A stretch of 63,080 nt of DNA, the filler included, from Choristocarpus tenellus KU-1152 (taxonomy: Eukaryota; Protista; Phaeophyceae): assembly GCA_964200185.2 (NCBI GenBank). It is 7 parts of 7 records of this genome, joined end to end, with 100 filler letters (N's around TTAATTAATTAA, not from the genome) between each part and the next. Parts side by side here need not be neighbours in the genome. Positions count along the whole stretch, not along the records: positions 1 to 18,519 come from CAXNAD020000545.1; positions 18,620 to 22,961 come from CAXNAD020015019.1; positions 23,062 to 26,697 come from CAXNAD020018818.1; 4 more parts are not named here. The stretch is one strand, 5' to 3'. The notes beneath the pieces were generated by a model. It made no database searches, was not told the DNA's origin, and saw nothing but the letters and a program-made list of their open reading frames with translations. Shown here one piece after another: positions 14,322 through 26,797 of the stretch. Each line of letters starts with the position of its first letter. The first letter of the stretch is position 1. A program made the position numbers and the translations under genes.

Positions 14322-14976
14322 GAGCTAAATGACCTTAGAGGGTAGGGCCGCGTCCATTTGCGGGTCAAAATCCAATGTTGCGATTTTGATGAAATTTCGG
14401 CTATCATTTGTTAGGAAGTGTGCAATATAGGCTGATAGTATATATGGTTTATACGTGTTTAGTGAATACTACTAGACAACAGGAATGTTGGCTAATTTGA
14501 ACAAGTGTCATTGACTTGTGCGTAAAGTAAGGAGGTCGAATCTCAGATGATCGGTTTCTTATTACTTGATATAAATGGACAGATGGAGGAGTTCTGACAT
14601 AGTACTAGCTACACAGGACAAGCGACATGGTACGATGCAACGGCAGGACACGTCTTGATGTGTCAGCTGATGAGTCAGCTCATTAATGTAATAAACAATA
14701 AGATAATAAGAGAGAGCACCCCCCACCACCGAGGGCTGTGCTCACTCCGCAAATAAACATATCCATACCACACAAAGCAAAATACTCTACTTGAGTAGTT
14801 CTCTTCTGCAAAGGAAGTGCCAATATCCTTGTTCCGGACACACCTTTTCATAACATGTACATTTTACCTACTCCGAAACATTTTGGAGTAGGAAAATGCC
14901 ATAAAAACCCCCCACGGATCCAAGCCCCAAATGGACAAATAGGGAAAAAGTCGTACCCTCTAAGATACTTTCACTC
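14322..14976 (-). mobile_element. MITE family 1 copy interrupted by a ~390-bp nested insertion, TSD TCCT
   Basis: Both MITE halves are present (14322-14420 and 14812-14976); TCCT on both outer flanks; AGGAAGTG duplicated at the internal junctions. Confidence 0.85.
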
Positions 14977-16574
14977 TCCTCATCAACCCACTGCTCATGT
15001 GTGCAGAGCGCCAGAAGGTCAAGGTTGTCCTAGTTGAAAGTCTTGTTCTTCGAGGTCATGTCCATGCCTCAGAAAATGACTAGAGGTGAGGTGAACTTCG
15101 TTACAATCCAGTCCTCCTCCTCCTACTACTACTACTACTATGACTACTACTACTATTGGTGTACCTGTCCGCCTGGCCTGCGTGGTCTCCTTTCTGATAC
15201 CTGAACTTGGAACAATCGTAAAAGTAGTAGTTAAATTATTGCTTTCTGCGTCATGAACTTGGAATAGTAGTAGTAACAGAAGTAATCAAGTTCTTCTTTC
15301 TGTTGCATTAACTTGGAATAGTAGCAAAAGTAGTAGTCAAAATGCTACTTGAATGACACCAAACAATACTTCAAACTCAATTTGCAGAGACAATTCTCTC
15401 GTGATTTCTTAAACAATATTTGATTGTGTCGCATTCAGAAAATGATATGGATTTCTCCTGCATCACTGCCTGCACCCCCAAGGAGCAATTTGTGGGTACT
15501 TTATTTCGAGGTGATGCATCATTTGCCGTGTGTGATGAGCTGCTCACTATCCACCCTACTAACCCAATCACCATTGCTTTTTAACCTCTATTGGGAGCAA
15601 CCTCGTCATCACGGTGATCTCCCAATACCTCACTAGGATCTTCGAACAATTTTGCGAGGCAAACCAACCAGTGAAGATTGAGAAGTTTGTCGTCCAGGTG
15701 GAAAATGTATTCAGTGAATATTCCTAACCTGTACCACTAGTTATATTAACAAGTCGTAGTTCTAATGTGAATCACACACACACACAAATTTTGTGAAGTA
15801 GATTAGTTTGTCGGTGATTATGATGTTCTTATTTCCATTCCTTGTTGCTGACCTCTCGATCGTTCTTCGTAACAAACAACACCTGACCCTCTACACACAA
15901 CAACAACCGAGGAGAGAACAAGGACAGCTGTGTACTCGGCTTGTTCTTTATGCTTGTGGAAACCGGCATTGTCAACATGTTCAAAGTGCAGTTTCTCATG
16001 GTGGGTCCCATGTCACACGGGCGTTTTATCTTAATCGTGGTTTAATAAACGCCAATATGACCTTGACATTCTACATTTTATAGGTTTGTACTTGTTGACT
16101 GTTTATTTAATATGTCATTATGAGACCATGCAATTATCACAAATGGTTGTTCAGTCCTATTTTACCCCAATGAAAGCACTACAGTGAATAATCTAAGTGA
16201 GACATCCAGCATATTTGACAATAATTCCTTTATGTCGCCCTCTACAAGCCTGATCATCCACATATAGCCTTTTGAATGGAAGCGACATATCCCATCATGG
16301 TAAGTTTGCGGGGTGTTTTGTAACATACATTCATGTCTCGAGATCGATCAGGTCTTTTCCAGTTAACAACATCATTTTAATTAAGAAATAACTGCAACTG
16401 TTACAAACGCTGTGTTCACACACCTAGTGTAGAAGAGGTAGTAGCCTCACCACCCAAGCCTGTAGGTAGATGATGAGGCTTGGTGACAACACCATAATAA
16501 AAATAATCAATTATGACGCATCTCTCACTTTGATTATTGATTTTATAGTTTGATATAGAATATAAACAGAGTGG

Positions 16575-16832
16575 GATTGAAAGTATCTTAGAGGGTACGA
16601 GGTGTGCCCTGTTTGTCCATTTGGGGCTTGGCTTCCCATGGGCGTTTTAATACATTTTCCTTCTCCAAAATGTTTCAGAGTGGGTAAAATGTGTATGTTA
16701 TTAAAAGGTGTGTCCAGAACATCAACATTGACACTTCCTAACACACACAATAGCCAAAAATATAATAAAATTGCAACATTGGACTTTGGCCCCCAAATGG
16801 ACGTGACTGTGCCCTCTAATATACTTTGGTTT
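16575..16832 (+). mobile_element. MITE family 1 copy
   Basis: Full-length match to the family with degenerate termini. Confidence 0.85.
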
Positions 16833-16977
16833 GGAACATAGAGCATGAATACACTCTCAAAATAACCAAAGAATATATAAAAGGTCAACAATCCCAAAGT
16901 ACAGAATGTAGGCCTTCAAGCTCAACATGGCATTTATGAAACCGTCATTAAGACACATTGCCTGAAACATACCCTCA

Positions 16978-17157
16978 GACCCAAAGTATCTGGGGGGGAG
17001 GGGGGAGTCTACACCAGAGTGTCCATTTGGGCCAAAACCAAGAAAAGTGCACTTTCACTATCCATCCAATGTATGGAACCAAATTACCCAAAAATCGCAA
17101 CATGAAAAAATTGCCCCCAAATGGACAGCCATCACCCCCCCCCAGATTCTTTGAGCC
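16978..17157 (+). mobile_element. MITE family 2 copy (~180 bp, G-rich TIR)
   Basis: GACCCAAAGTATCTGGGGG...GTCCATTTGGG...CCCCAAATGGAC...CCCCCAGATTCTTTGAGCC; homologous to 32770-32952. Confidence 0.85.
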
Positions 17158-17290
17158 TCAGTTCAAAGGAAAACTGCTTCAATGTGAAGAACAAGTGAGT
17201 GGATGAGGAAAGAATATGTATCTCCTCATCCTATAATGAACGCAGCAGAAATAAGATGAACGTCACTTCTAGATCCTGGCATATCAGTAG

Positions 17291-17535
17291 GAGTGGAAGT
17301 ATCTTAGAGGGTACGAATTTTGTCCTGTTTGGCCATGTGGGGCTTGGCTTCCCATGGGTTTTTATTGACATTTTACCTACTCCAAAATGTTTTGGAGTAG
17401 GTAAAATGTATACGTTATGAAAAGGAGTGTCCAGACAAGGATATTGACATCTCCTAACAAACATGATAGTCGAAATTACATCAAAATTGCAACATCGGAT
17501 TTTGGTCCCCAAATGGACGCAACTGTACCTCTAAG
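17291..17535 (+). mobile_element. MITE family 1 copy, 3' TIR truncated
   Basis: Starts GAGTGGAAGTATCTTAGAGGGTA; internal sequence matches the other copies. Confidence 0.85.
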
Positions 17536-18519
17536 CTAATTTGCCTCTAGGCGGCGTTAGGAATCCAGTAGAGAGGAGATATGGAGGAAAATCTCCCTTC
17601 CAACATTTCCCCTGATGACAGATATGCTAGTGCGACACTCACACCTAACGGCACTAACTCTGCACCTGAATTATTGTTCAAGAGAAAAACTCCAGCACAA
17701 AACCTCACTTTCACATTGAAATAGGGTACTGTTGTAGAAACAATCCCCCCTCTTTGTAAGCATGTACTATGATGTGTTGCAGGCACCATCAACGGGGATT
17801 TGGTTGGGTACAGTGACTCAGACTTGGGCACTGACCCTATATCAACATGGAGCGTGACAGGGTATCTGATGCTCATGAATGGAGCATCCATTGCATGGAG
17901 ATCAAAATTACAAGGAACCTTTACACTATCAAGTTGAGAGGCAGAACTGTTACAGGCGAATAGTGCGAGTATTTCTTCCCGCGCTTTATCCGGCGTGAGC
18001 AGTATACGCGCGTGGGGAACCCCAAAAGGGGGAACTCCGATTTGCCAAAAACTTGTAGAATAATCTGTAACTCGGATAGTTGCAGAGGGACACAGATGGA
18101 AAGGTCGCAAAGGGTTCTCAGATATATTCCAATATTTGTAAACCAGAATAAGCCCCAATGATAAATGATGATTAGAGATCCTAAAAACGGCCCAAAACGG
18201 TTTAGTTCTTCTGACCCAGGGAGCCCCCACGTATTCACTCTTTTTTTCTGATATCATTATACACTTTTCCTTGTGCTACTTGATTCCCCTGAGAATACTA
18301 CTGTTCTGCCGAGCTGACGTGCATTAATCTGTGAATTGGATTTGACTTGTACATCCTGTGGAGGTGAGGTTTGAGGGGCACCTGTAACAGAATGGACAGC
18401 CATGGCATTTACCTGAAGGGGATTTTGGGGGAGCTTGGTCTGGATCAAGGATCTGTGCAAAATAGGACAATAGTGAGGTGTACCTTATTTTGTGTATATG
18501 AGATTATTGTGTTGAATTG

Positions 18520-18619
18520 NNNNNNNNNNNNNNNNNNNNNNNNNNNNNNNNNNNNNNNNNNNNTTAATTAATTAANNNNNNNNNNNNNNNNNNNNNNNNN
18601 NNNNNNNNNNNNNNNNNNN
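18520..18619. other. Assembly spacer (N + TTAATTAATTAA + N); identical spacers at 22962-23061, 26698-26797, 32311-32410, 50996-51095 and 55345-55444
   Basis: Identical 100-nt structure with stop codons in all six frames, i.e. an artificial contig linker. Confidence 0.97.
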
Positions 18620-18667
18620 GCGTGTCGGGGAGATAGATGATGAAAGATCACACAAAATAAAAGAAAT

Positions 18668-18924
18668 GAGTGAAAATATCTTAGAGGGTGCGAGTTTTGC
18701 CCTGTTTGTCCATTTGGGGCTTGGCCTCCCATGGGTTCTTTTATGACATTTTCCTACTCCAAAATGGTTCGGAGTAGGTAAAGTGTCTATATTACTAAAA
18801 GGTGTGTTCCAGAATATGGATATTGACACTTCCTAACAAACACGATAGCCAATACAACAAAATCACAACATTGGATTTTGACCCCCAAATGGATGCGGCT
18901 CTACCCTCTAAGATACTTTCGCTC
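18668..18924 (+). mobile_element. MITE family 1 copy, TSD AAAT
   Basis: GAG...CTC termini, AAAT on both flanks. Confidence 0.92.
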
Positions 18925-19406
18925 AAATGACATTGATGTTCGGCATCTTGGGGGATTCCGCTGCTACGACAACACGACAACACTGCTCACAAGTACTAGC
19001 AGCTCTCACTTCAAAATGCTACTAGCATCAGATATTTTGGCAATTGAAAGCATACTTTTGCATCCATAATTCGTTTGTACATAATATATTTTATAAGGAC
19101 CACCAACCTGTATTGAAGGGGGCTCAAAATCATGAATGGAAACAAAGGACTATGACTGCCATGCAACCAAAACTCCCTTCTACTATGTATTGCAACAACA
19201 ACATGCTGCTTGAAAAGCTCTGAAAACATTTTCATGGACTAAACTAAACACATGTTGTCGCCGCCATCACCCGCGGCAGTTATTACTATCCACTACAACA
19301 AATATGCGTACTCAGCTCTCAATACACACCGTTCATTCTCCAAGAGGCCTATGAGGTATACTTTACTTACACGAATATCTGCCAAATGCTTGCTAATCCG
19401 GTGTCT

Positions 19407-22400
19407 CTACATTTCTCTAGCACCGCGACGGGGCCGAATGTGTGCAGCGGTAAACCTAACCTGCATGTTTGGCTCCAGCGTTTGCGTTGGAGCCAAACGT
19501 CTCTTCCGTGCCGCCGTACTGCTCCATCCTGTATCCGCTTCAAGGACTGGTCCTTCCACGGCAATCTGTAAGGGCACCCCCATACATGCACCTGCACCGG
19601 CAGACACCCCCCTCCCCTCCCTCGTACCGATGTTCTCCTTATCTTCGTCATCCTCGTCGTCCTCGTCCTCCTTCTGCTGCTCCTCGCCCTCCTCCTTGTC
19701 GTCGTCGGTGTTGTCCTCCTTTTCACCCCCATTCTCCCCCCCCCTCTCCTCTCCTCGTCCCTTGAATTCAGTCTTCCGTCCTTCTCCCACAAAACCCCCC
19801 CTTTCCCTCGCCTCGATAGCAGACCATAGAACTGTCAAGACCTTGGTAGGAATCTTTTTACCGCTCCAACAAGTTTGTCGCCCGTCGAAACAATACCCGC
19901 CATGGGTTCCCAGCTTACGTCTTTATCCCGCTTCAGTTTCCTAGTTCGCCCGGATCTATCACCAGCGTGTGTGTAGCCTTCGACAAAAGTGCTTTTTCCG
20001 TACTTTTCAAGGGTCAGAAACGCAGTGTTGTCACGTGTGTGGTCGCTGGTCGGCCGAATCCAGTGAAGATCTACCCCACGCTCCCCGTCGTCGCCGACGC
20101 GCTCCGCTAGGATCTTGCCGACCAAGAGCGGCGCCTCCATTGCCAGAAAAAAGGCAAACCTGCCTTCCTGCACACAGAGACGAGGTTTCCATCGTTCACC
20201 GATCTCAAGGTAGCACGAGGCCAACCCCGTTGACGGAAGCCAGCTTCTTCCGTGTCACTGTCCGATGAGGAAGAGTCTGTTTCCTCAAGCCCGCCGAGAT
20301 CATTGTCACCGCTGACGAGATTACCTCCTCCACCCGAACGATCGCCCTCGTCGGTGTCTTTGACGTCGCTGGTATCAGTTCCAGCGCCATCGTCATTGGT
20401 GGGAAGCCAATGAACTGGGAGGTCGAACTATCGTTCCCCTGTCTTTTTGAGAAGTCGCACAGACTCGCTTTGCTCGTGTTTTGCTCTCTGAATGGCTTTA
20501 TCGTCTGCGAAGGTGAAATCCATGAGCACGAGAACATCAACAGTATGGAAGCATGAATGTGACTTTGTAACCAGCCGTGAGGTTTCACGAATGCGCTCGG
20601 GGAGCATGTAGTGAGAGGGAGGGTGTAGATTTCGCCGGATTCGTCGCTGTTGAGTAAAAGACCGGTACCCTCAAAATATTTATCGGGGGTAATCTATATT
20701 ACTTGTTTAGTGTGACACGCGACGATCACTATGCATGAGAATGGAATTTTTTCAAGGTTGTTTTTGTAAAGGCTGTACAGGCTGCCTTGTACTGAAGTCG
20801 CACCAATTTTTTTTTACTGCCACTGAATACCAAAATTAGCTATCAACTCCCCTCACGAAAAAATCAACTTACCCAGTGGGTACGCAGCAGCGAGGCGCTC
20901 GTGTGACTCCTGGTACCGCTGCTCCACCTTCAGGATGACGTCTTCGGGAACGCTCTTGAGCTGGTAGGGTGGTGCATCTTAGAGACGAGGCGGGTGGCCG
21001 ATAAAGAGGTTGTGCAGAGGGGCATTGGGGTCAATAGCAACGTGGGTGCCTATCCCACTCCATTCGGTGCTGTGCATGTATGACTTAACGCTAACCTTAA
21101 CCCGACCATCACCGCCTTTTTCAACGCGAAAAGCTCTGCAGCTCGTGATGTTGGGAACACGGTTGACGCGACCACGAAGGAGTCCCTTGAAGTTGTCCTC
21201 GCTCCGTAGGGTCTTGCAGTAGACTGGAACCTCCGTGTAAGAGGCCTGCAGCTCTTCACCCAGCTGTGTTCTTGTAAATATATTCTTCCCTTTGATACCA
21301 CGTGAGAACCTGAATGTGAAACGCAAGCAAGTTAATTTTTAGGCGGGGGCGAAAGAAACGAAGTGGAGAAGCAAGATATATATGCAGGCACATGCTCCGA
21401 TGCATGTATATGGAAGTATAAATATAAAAAGGGGTGATGTGTACAATTTTTTTTGTTTTGTTTTGAGACTAGGTTACGAAACAGTTTTGGCAGCTGCTCT
21501 TCTCGTGCTATTTTGTTGTGGGGAAACCAAAAGTCAATCAATCAATTACCGTGTATGGCCATAAACCTTCCAGAGTGGCAACAAGCATGAACTGCAAGCC
21601 TCAAGGCAGTATCTATCCATGTAAAAACACTATGTGGCTTCACATTTATATATCTTGCCTAATTACCTGGAGAAGATCTGATCGATCTTGATGTGCGTGT
21701 ACCCCACCATCATAAAATATATCTTGACCACACGAATGACACTCGTTGCGACCAACAGCCCCGCATATCTGAGAAAGAAATTGTTCTTGTTCTCTGAGAC
21801 GCAGTTGTCGATCTGGCCAGTTTGGGGAGTTGGGAGGGAGGGAGGGATAGGTGTGAGGCCGATATGTCAGCCCGTTTCACCTCGTGTTGAGGAGAAACAG
21901 GGCGTGTTTCCAGTACTGCTAGAGCACAAGCTCTACATCATCACCATCATACATGCAGGTTGCAACCCACAAACTAAAACAATATACCATGCAGTTAGTT
22001 ACTTGGTGGCCGGTATTCGGCGAGTATATGTTGAGTAGGTCGTGTCAAGATGAAACTTTCTTACCTGTCAATGCGCGTGCTGGATGATGCAACCCCCGCG
22101 TGATCGAGGCTGTTGTGGTACTTGTCGATAAGCCTTGTGAGGGCAAGGTGGGTGGCTGTGCAGACAAGGTTACAACCTGCGCGAACGATGATGTCTGTCG
22201 TTAGTTGGCAAATAGTACTCTGCTTGCTTACGCATTGTTTAGTTGGAGCTAAAAAGAGGGGTAATGGAATGTGTTTTTGCGATGTAGAGCACATACACCC
22301 GACTGGCTGATATACATGTCTGTCGGTTTCCCCCCTCCTTGATTAGCTCTTACGCTCCTCTCGCCCTTCCGAAGCTGAGGTGTACGAGGGTAGGGGAGCA

Positions 22401-22683
22401 CAGCACATCATCAGTTAATCGACTGTTCACCAGGCCTGCGGTATCTGTAGGCAAATCGTGCAAGGATGTACTCGTCCTCGGGTATCTAACCTGCGGCGGG
22501 TCCCCTCATCATGATGACGGTAAATCAAATGGTGCGTGCACAACCAGCATCTATACGGTCGTGTGATTGTTGAGCCACAATCCACAATACTTACCTCCTC
22601 CAAGATTTTGAGGAGTGAAGAACACCTCCGTGAACTGGCCTTCGACGTGTGCGGTCATGATCTTCTGGCGCTCGGAGTAGCCC
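19407..22683 (-). pseudogene. Intron-containing DUF7869/Sola-like DDD transposase gene, decayed; 5' part missing from this contig
   Basis: Exons 22683-22595 (ERQKIMTAHVEGQFTEVFFTPQNLGG), 22176-22065 (GCNLVCTATHLALTRL), ~21813-21667 (QIDNCVSENKNNFFLRYAGLLVATSVIRVVKIYFMMVGYTHIKIDQIFS) spliced in frame to 21309 (RFSRGIKGKNIFTRTQLGEELQASY). In-frame stop at 20979-20981, frameshift near 19855, acidic C-terminal tail. Confidence 0.7.
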
Positions 22684-23167
22684 CTGATAACAAGGACATG
22701 AACCAAAGAAAAGTATAAAGAAAGGTTCTACGGTGCATCATCATCATGATGAACGGAATAGGTAGTGGAATTATGTACATCTGTTTTGGCGGTTATTTCT
22801 TGGGACGTTGCACTCATTCGTTGAATAAAACATGGTGATCTATTCTGTTCTGCGTACGGCTGCAAACTTGTTGACAAATGGACTATGCGTGCGTGTGGTT
22901 ACCTGTCACCGCCATGGGTAGGTGGGCAAAGTGCTGGGAGGGCGTGGGGTGTCTGGTTCGCNNNNNNNNNNNNNNNNNNNNNNNNNNNNNNNNNNNNNNN
23001 NNNNNTTAATTAATTAANNNNNNNNNNNNNNNNNNNNNNNNNNNNNNNNNNNNNNNNNNNNGAGATATATACACACTGCTACCACCCTCTCTGTCGATTG
23101 GTTGTCCACAACATATCAGTGCTCACTCACCAAGGGACAAGAAGAGGTGCACATTGATCTCACTCAC

Positions 23168-26100
23168 ATCTGCCCTGATGCGAAGTGCCTCAGCCTTGTT
23201 CTTCTCCTCAATAAGCATAGCAAGGGACTCACCCTCCTTCACCTTCTGGGCACGAAGGGCTTCCGTTCCTTGGACCTCCAGGAGGATTATGGCCTGCTCC
23301 ACCTTTTGCTTTGTCTGCTCACGAACAACCTGTTTAACATGCGCATTCAATTGATATTTAGGAGTGGTGGCAGGGGGGAGTCCTTAATCCATGTGCTTCA
23401 GGATTCTGTGATAACACAAACATGAACTGTGAAAGCCATAAGACAACCCCAGAAGAGGGGGGGGGGGACAATGTTGTAACTTTCGGAGAGCATGCCAACA
23501 AAGCATGCTCACAGAGCATGTTCACAAAATACAACACTGAAATAGTACTAGCATGTATATACACATACGCATACACGGAAAGGAATGCTTACCTTCTGGT
23601 GCTGAACGGCATCTTCGATCTCAAAGGCACTCTTGGCAGCAGCTTCAGCAGCATTGACCTCAATGTCATACTCGGCCTTCTTTATCTGAAGGTTACGGTC
23701 AGCCATGGCTTTCTTCTGCTCCTCTTCATTGACCTGAACGTGAGCTTCTGCCCTGTACTCTGCCTCGGCAATTCGAGCAAGGGATTGATTCTCCGCCACC
23801 CTCTTCTGCGCCTCAGAATTGTTCTTGCTCTCTCCCTCGGCCGCCTCACGCTATAGGAATCAATTTGTTGTTGTCCAGTAGGAAACCAACAAGTTATTAC
23901 TGGCATGAGTTCAACAAGAGCAAGTGAATTACAACAACAATAAACAGGAAAAATCAACACCACATCCACATCCAACTGTGTGAAACAAAAGGAAAACAAT
24001 ACCTAGAAAGAACCCAGGAAAACCGGACACGACCACAGTAAGTTTAACACAAGGGACAATCAATCAACAGGTCCAAATATATGCTGAAGGACAACGCTTC
24101 ACAAATAGAAACTTACACTATGGCTGAGCACCAAAGGACCTGGGATCCTTAGCAATACGGATAATGTTGTACTGAAGCTCAAAAGTATGGTCTTGGTCTT
24201 CGTTGTTTAACCCTTGTACAAAAGAGAACCCAAGTGGATGGAATCACACAAGACAGGGAAATGCAGACAAGGGTACATCGTGCTTTCTCACCTTAACTAG
24301 GGCTAGCTGGGTGGCACCAAGAGCATCCATGCTGTGCAACATTGGGATTGGACATGGTGACCGTAACAAAGAGAGAGGTCCAACATAAGGTCAGTATGCT
24401 TTGAAGATAAGAAGAGGGTACACTCCACCAAACTGGCTGAAGGAACAAGCAAGGGGGAAATACTATCGCCCAATGGCACAACCACATGGGGGAATAGCAT
24501 TAGGGGGAGGGGAAAAGAAACAACAATCACGGACCCCCAGTGCATCCACAGTCCTATGACACACCAGCCTCAAACAAAAAAAATCAGCCATACCAACACC
24601 AACCTAGTCAGTAGCCGTGACCATCAAACAGACATGCTGCAAGGTTCAACTATACCACCATCAGATATATCTATTCCATTTTCAGAACCAAGTTCAGCAC
24701 AGAACTCTCCCACCCACCACAAAAAGAGAGTAACAAGAGGATTCCAAGATAGCAACGGATTGTGACAAGAGCATGGGTGATTGGGCACTTACTATCCAGT
24801 GGAGTCGCTAATGTTATTCACAGTGTAGGAGACCAGAACAAAGCCCATGCTGTACAGGTCCTGATTTTACCAACATGCAACTGTTTGTCAGTCAGTATTG
24901 TGTGTGGAGTGGGGAAGGCGAGTGGGGATAAAGGATCTTCCCGAGAAAATGAACCACTTCTCACATTTGCTCTACTAGGGCTATCACCCCCTAAAGTATA
25001 ACCCTATGTGAACTTCTGTTCCAGCCTTAAGTCCCCTTCACACAATGAACACCCTGCTCCACCCCTTCAAAATGTGCGATTGTTCTTTCAATCATGCTGT
25101 TAGATGAATACAACACCTCAACTTTAACCCTTCACAGTAAAGATGCAAGCCTGGTCATTAGAACATGCAAAATAAGGGCTCTTGATTCATTATGAAGATT
25201 ACAGTACTATATACTCCCTGAATATGTATTTCAAGTCCTAGGTACTTTCAAAACAGGTCTATTTTTAAGCAGGGTGGGGATACAGACAGCACTCTTCAAC
25301 ATTTGTAACTACAAAAAGGACCCAGGACTAAGGTAGCTCACTCTGTTATCTCACCCAACATATACAACCAAGACACCATTTGTCCTTGCTGGAGTTTAGG
25401 AAGGACAAATGAGGATGGGGTGAGGGATGGAGGGGGGGTTAAGTCTTTTATTACCTGTCCGTTTTCAAGATGCCCCTTGATGCAAAAGGGTGGGTGTCAG
25501 CTTCAGACTAAAGAGGGTGAGTGCTTGAACCACAATTGACAGTTCATCTTATCTGAGTGTCATGTTAATAATGGAAGGAACCCAGATGTGGAAAAATGTT
25601 CAACAAAATCGAGGTAAAAAGAGGGTGTAACGCAAAAAGGCCCAAGATGTGATAGAACCTGACCATTTGTTTCACTGTAGGATCATGCGTAAAGGGTAGC
25701 AAGGTCAGGAGTTGAAAATAGAAGGGGAAGGAGGGTATCAATGTGCTCCAAAAAAGGTGGATATCAGGTAACCATTGAGACAAAACATAACTTGGAAATT
25801 GTAATATCGCAGTCCTAAATCGATAGTGGTAGTAGGAAGGTGACCAAAGCAGAACGGCAGCTGTCACTTCCTCTCAGCAGAGAGTTTCACGGTCTATTAC
25901 TACTAAATATTTATCAAAGCTGCACTACTCTACAACCCTCACCGCCTGAACATGCTCCTTGACACGAAGGGAAAATGCCTCACGGTTCTGTAAGTAAAAA
26001 CACACAACCAACACGGGAGGGGGGCAGGGGGCACGAATGGGTTTGTTTTTGTTGCTCAGGATAAGTGGAATTGTTTGCACTTATCCAGATCCTGAGGAAT

Positions 26101-26697
26101 GAAAGCCGGGTGGAGTCTTTGAGTTCAAGGCAAGAAGAGAATTATGAAGGGGAGTGTGTTTAAACTGGAGTGTGGGGGGTAGATAAATCAACCACGAACT
26201 CAAGATAGTCTTGGCATAAAGAGATTATAAAATCAGGTGAGGTAATGTAGAAGACACATAATTAAACAGGGGCACCAACCTTGTAGAACTCCTCAACTTG
26301 AGAGAGATAGGTAAGAGAGCGGCAGGATGTCCCAGCATCACAGCAGGCATCACAGAAGATGAAATAGGGACAGGAAAAGGAAAGGGACACAGTCCAGTCA
26401 AGAAATAAGCCGTGCTAACATAAAACGAAAACTCCTTGGAAGAGAACAAGAAAAGAGAACTTGTCAAAGTGGCTATGATCAACGGAAACCCTGGTCCAAG
26501 GTTTAGGTGATAAAGGCGTCCAAAGAAAATATATATACTGTTTTTCACAGAGATTCGTCTTTGTGCCTCGTTTTCGTGGGCCTTGCTGAACTTGCCTTGA
26601 ACAATTGGGATGAGCGATGGACAACAAATAACACAAGGCACATACCAGTTAAGGTGCCCAAGATCTGGCGCTGATGACCCTTCATCGTGAGCAGGAG
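23168..26697 (-). CDS. FLOT: Flotillin (SPFH/band 7) family protein, internal part; both ends lie outside this contig
   Basis: In-frame GT-AG exons 26697-26646 (LLTMKGHQRQILGTLT), 26296-26280 (VEEFYK), 25987-25943 (NREAFSLRVKEHVQA), 24860-24793 (DLYSMGFVLVSYTVNNISDSTGY), 24331-24292 (MDALGATQLALVK), 23850-23593 (REAAEG...KKAEYDIEVNAAEAAAKSAFEIE), 23329-23168. Matches the flotillin pattern TLEGHQRAI..TVEEIYKDR..DL..MG..VVSYT..I.D..GYL..LG. Confidence 0.93.
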
Positions 26698-26797
26698 NNN
26701 NNNNNNNNNNNNNNNNNNNNNNNNNNNNNNNNNNNNNNNNNTTAATTAATTAANNNNNNNNNNNNNNNNNNNNNNNNNNNNNNNNNNNNNNNNNNNN

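Noticed and set aside
17547-18460. 236-aa minus-strand ORF and neighbours
   Set aside because: No recognisable motif or splice structure; may be TE debris, cannot be supported
18564-18575. TTAATTAATTAA palindrome recurring six times between N runs
   Set aside because: Artificial contig linker with stops in all frames; not biological, and not a TTAA target site
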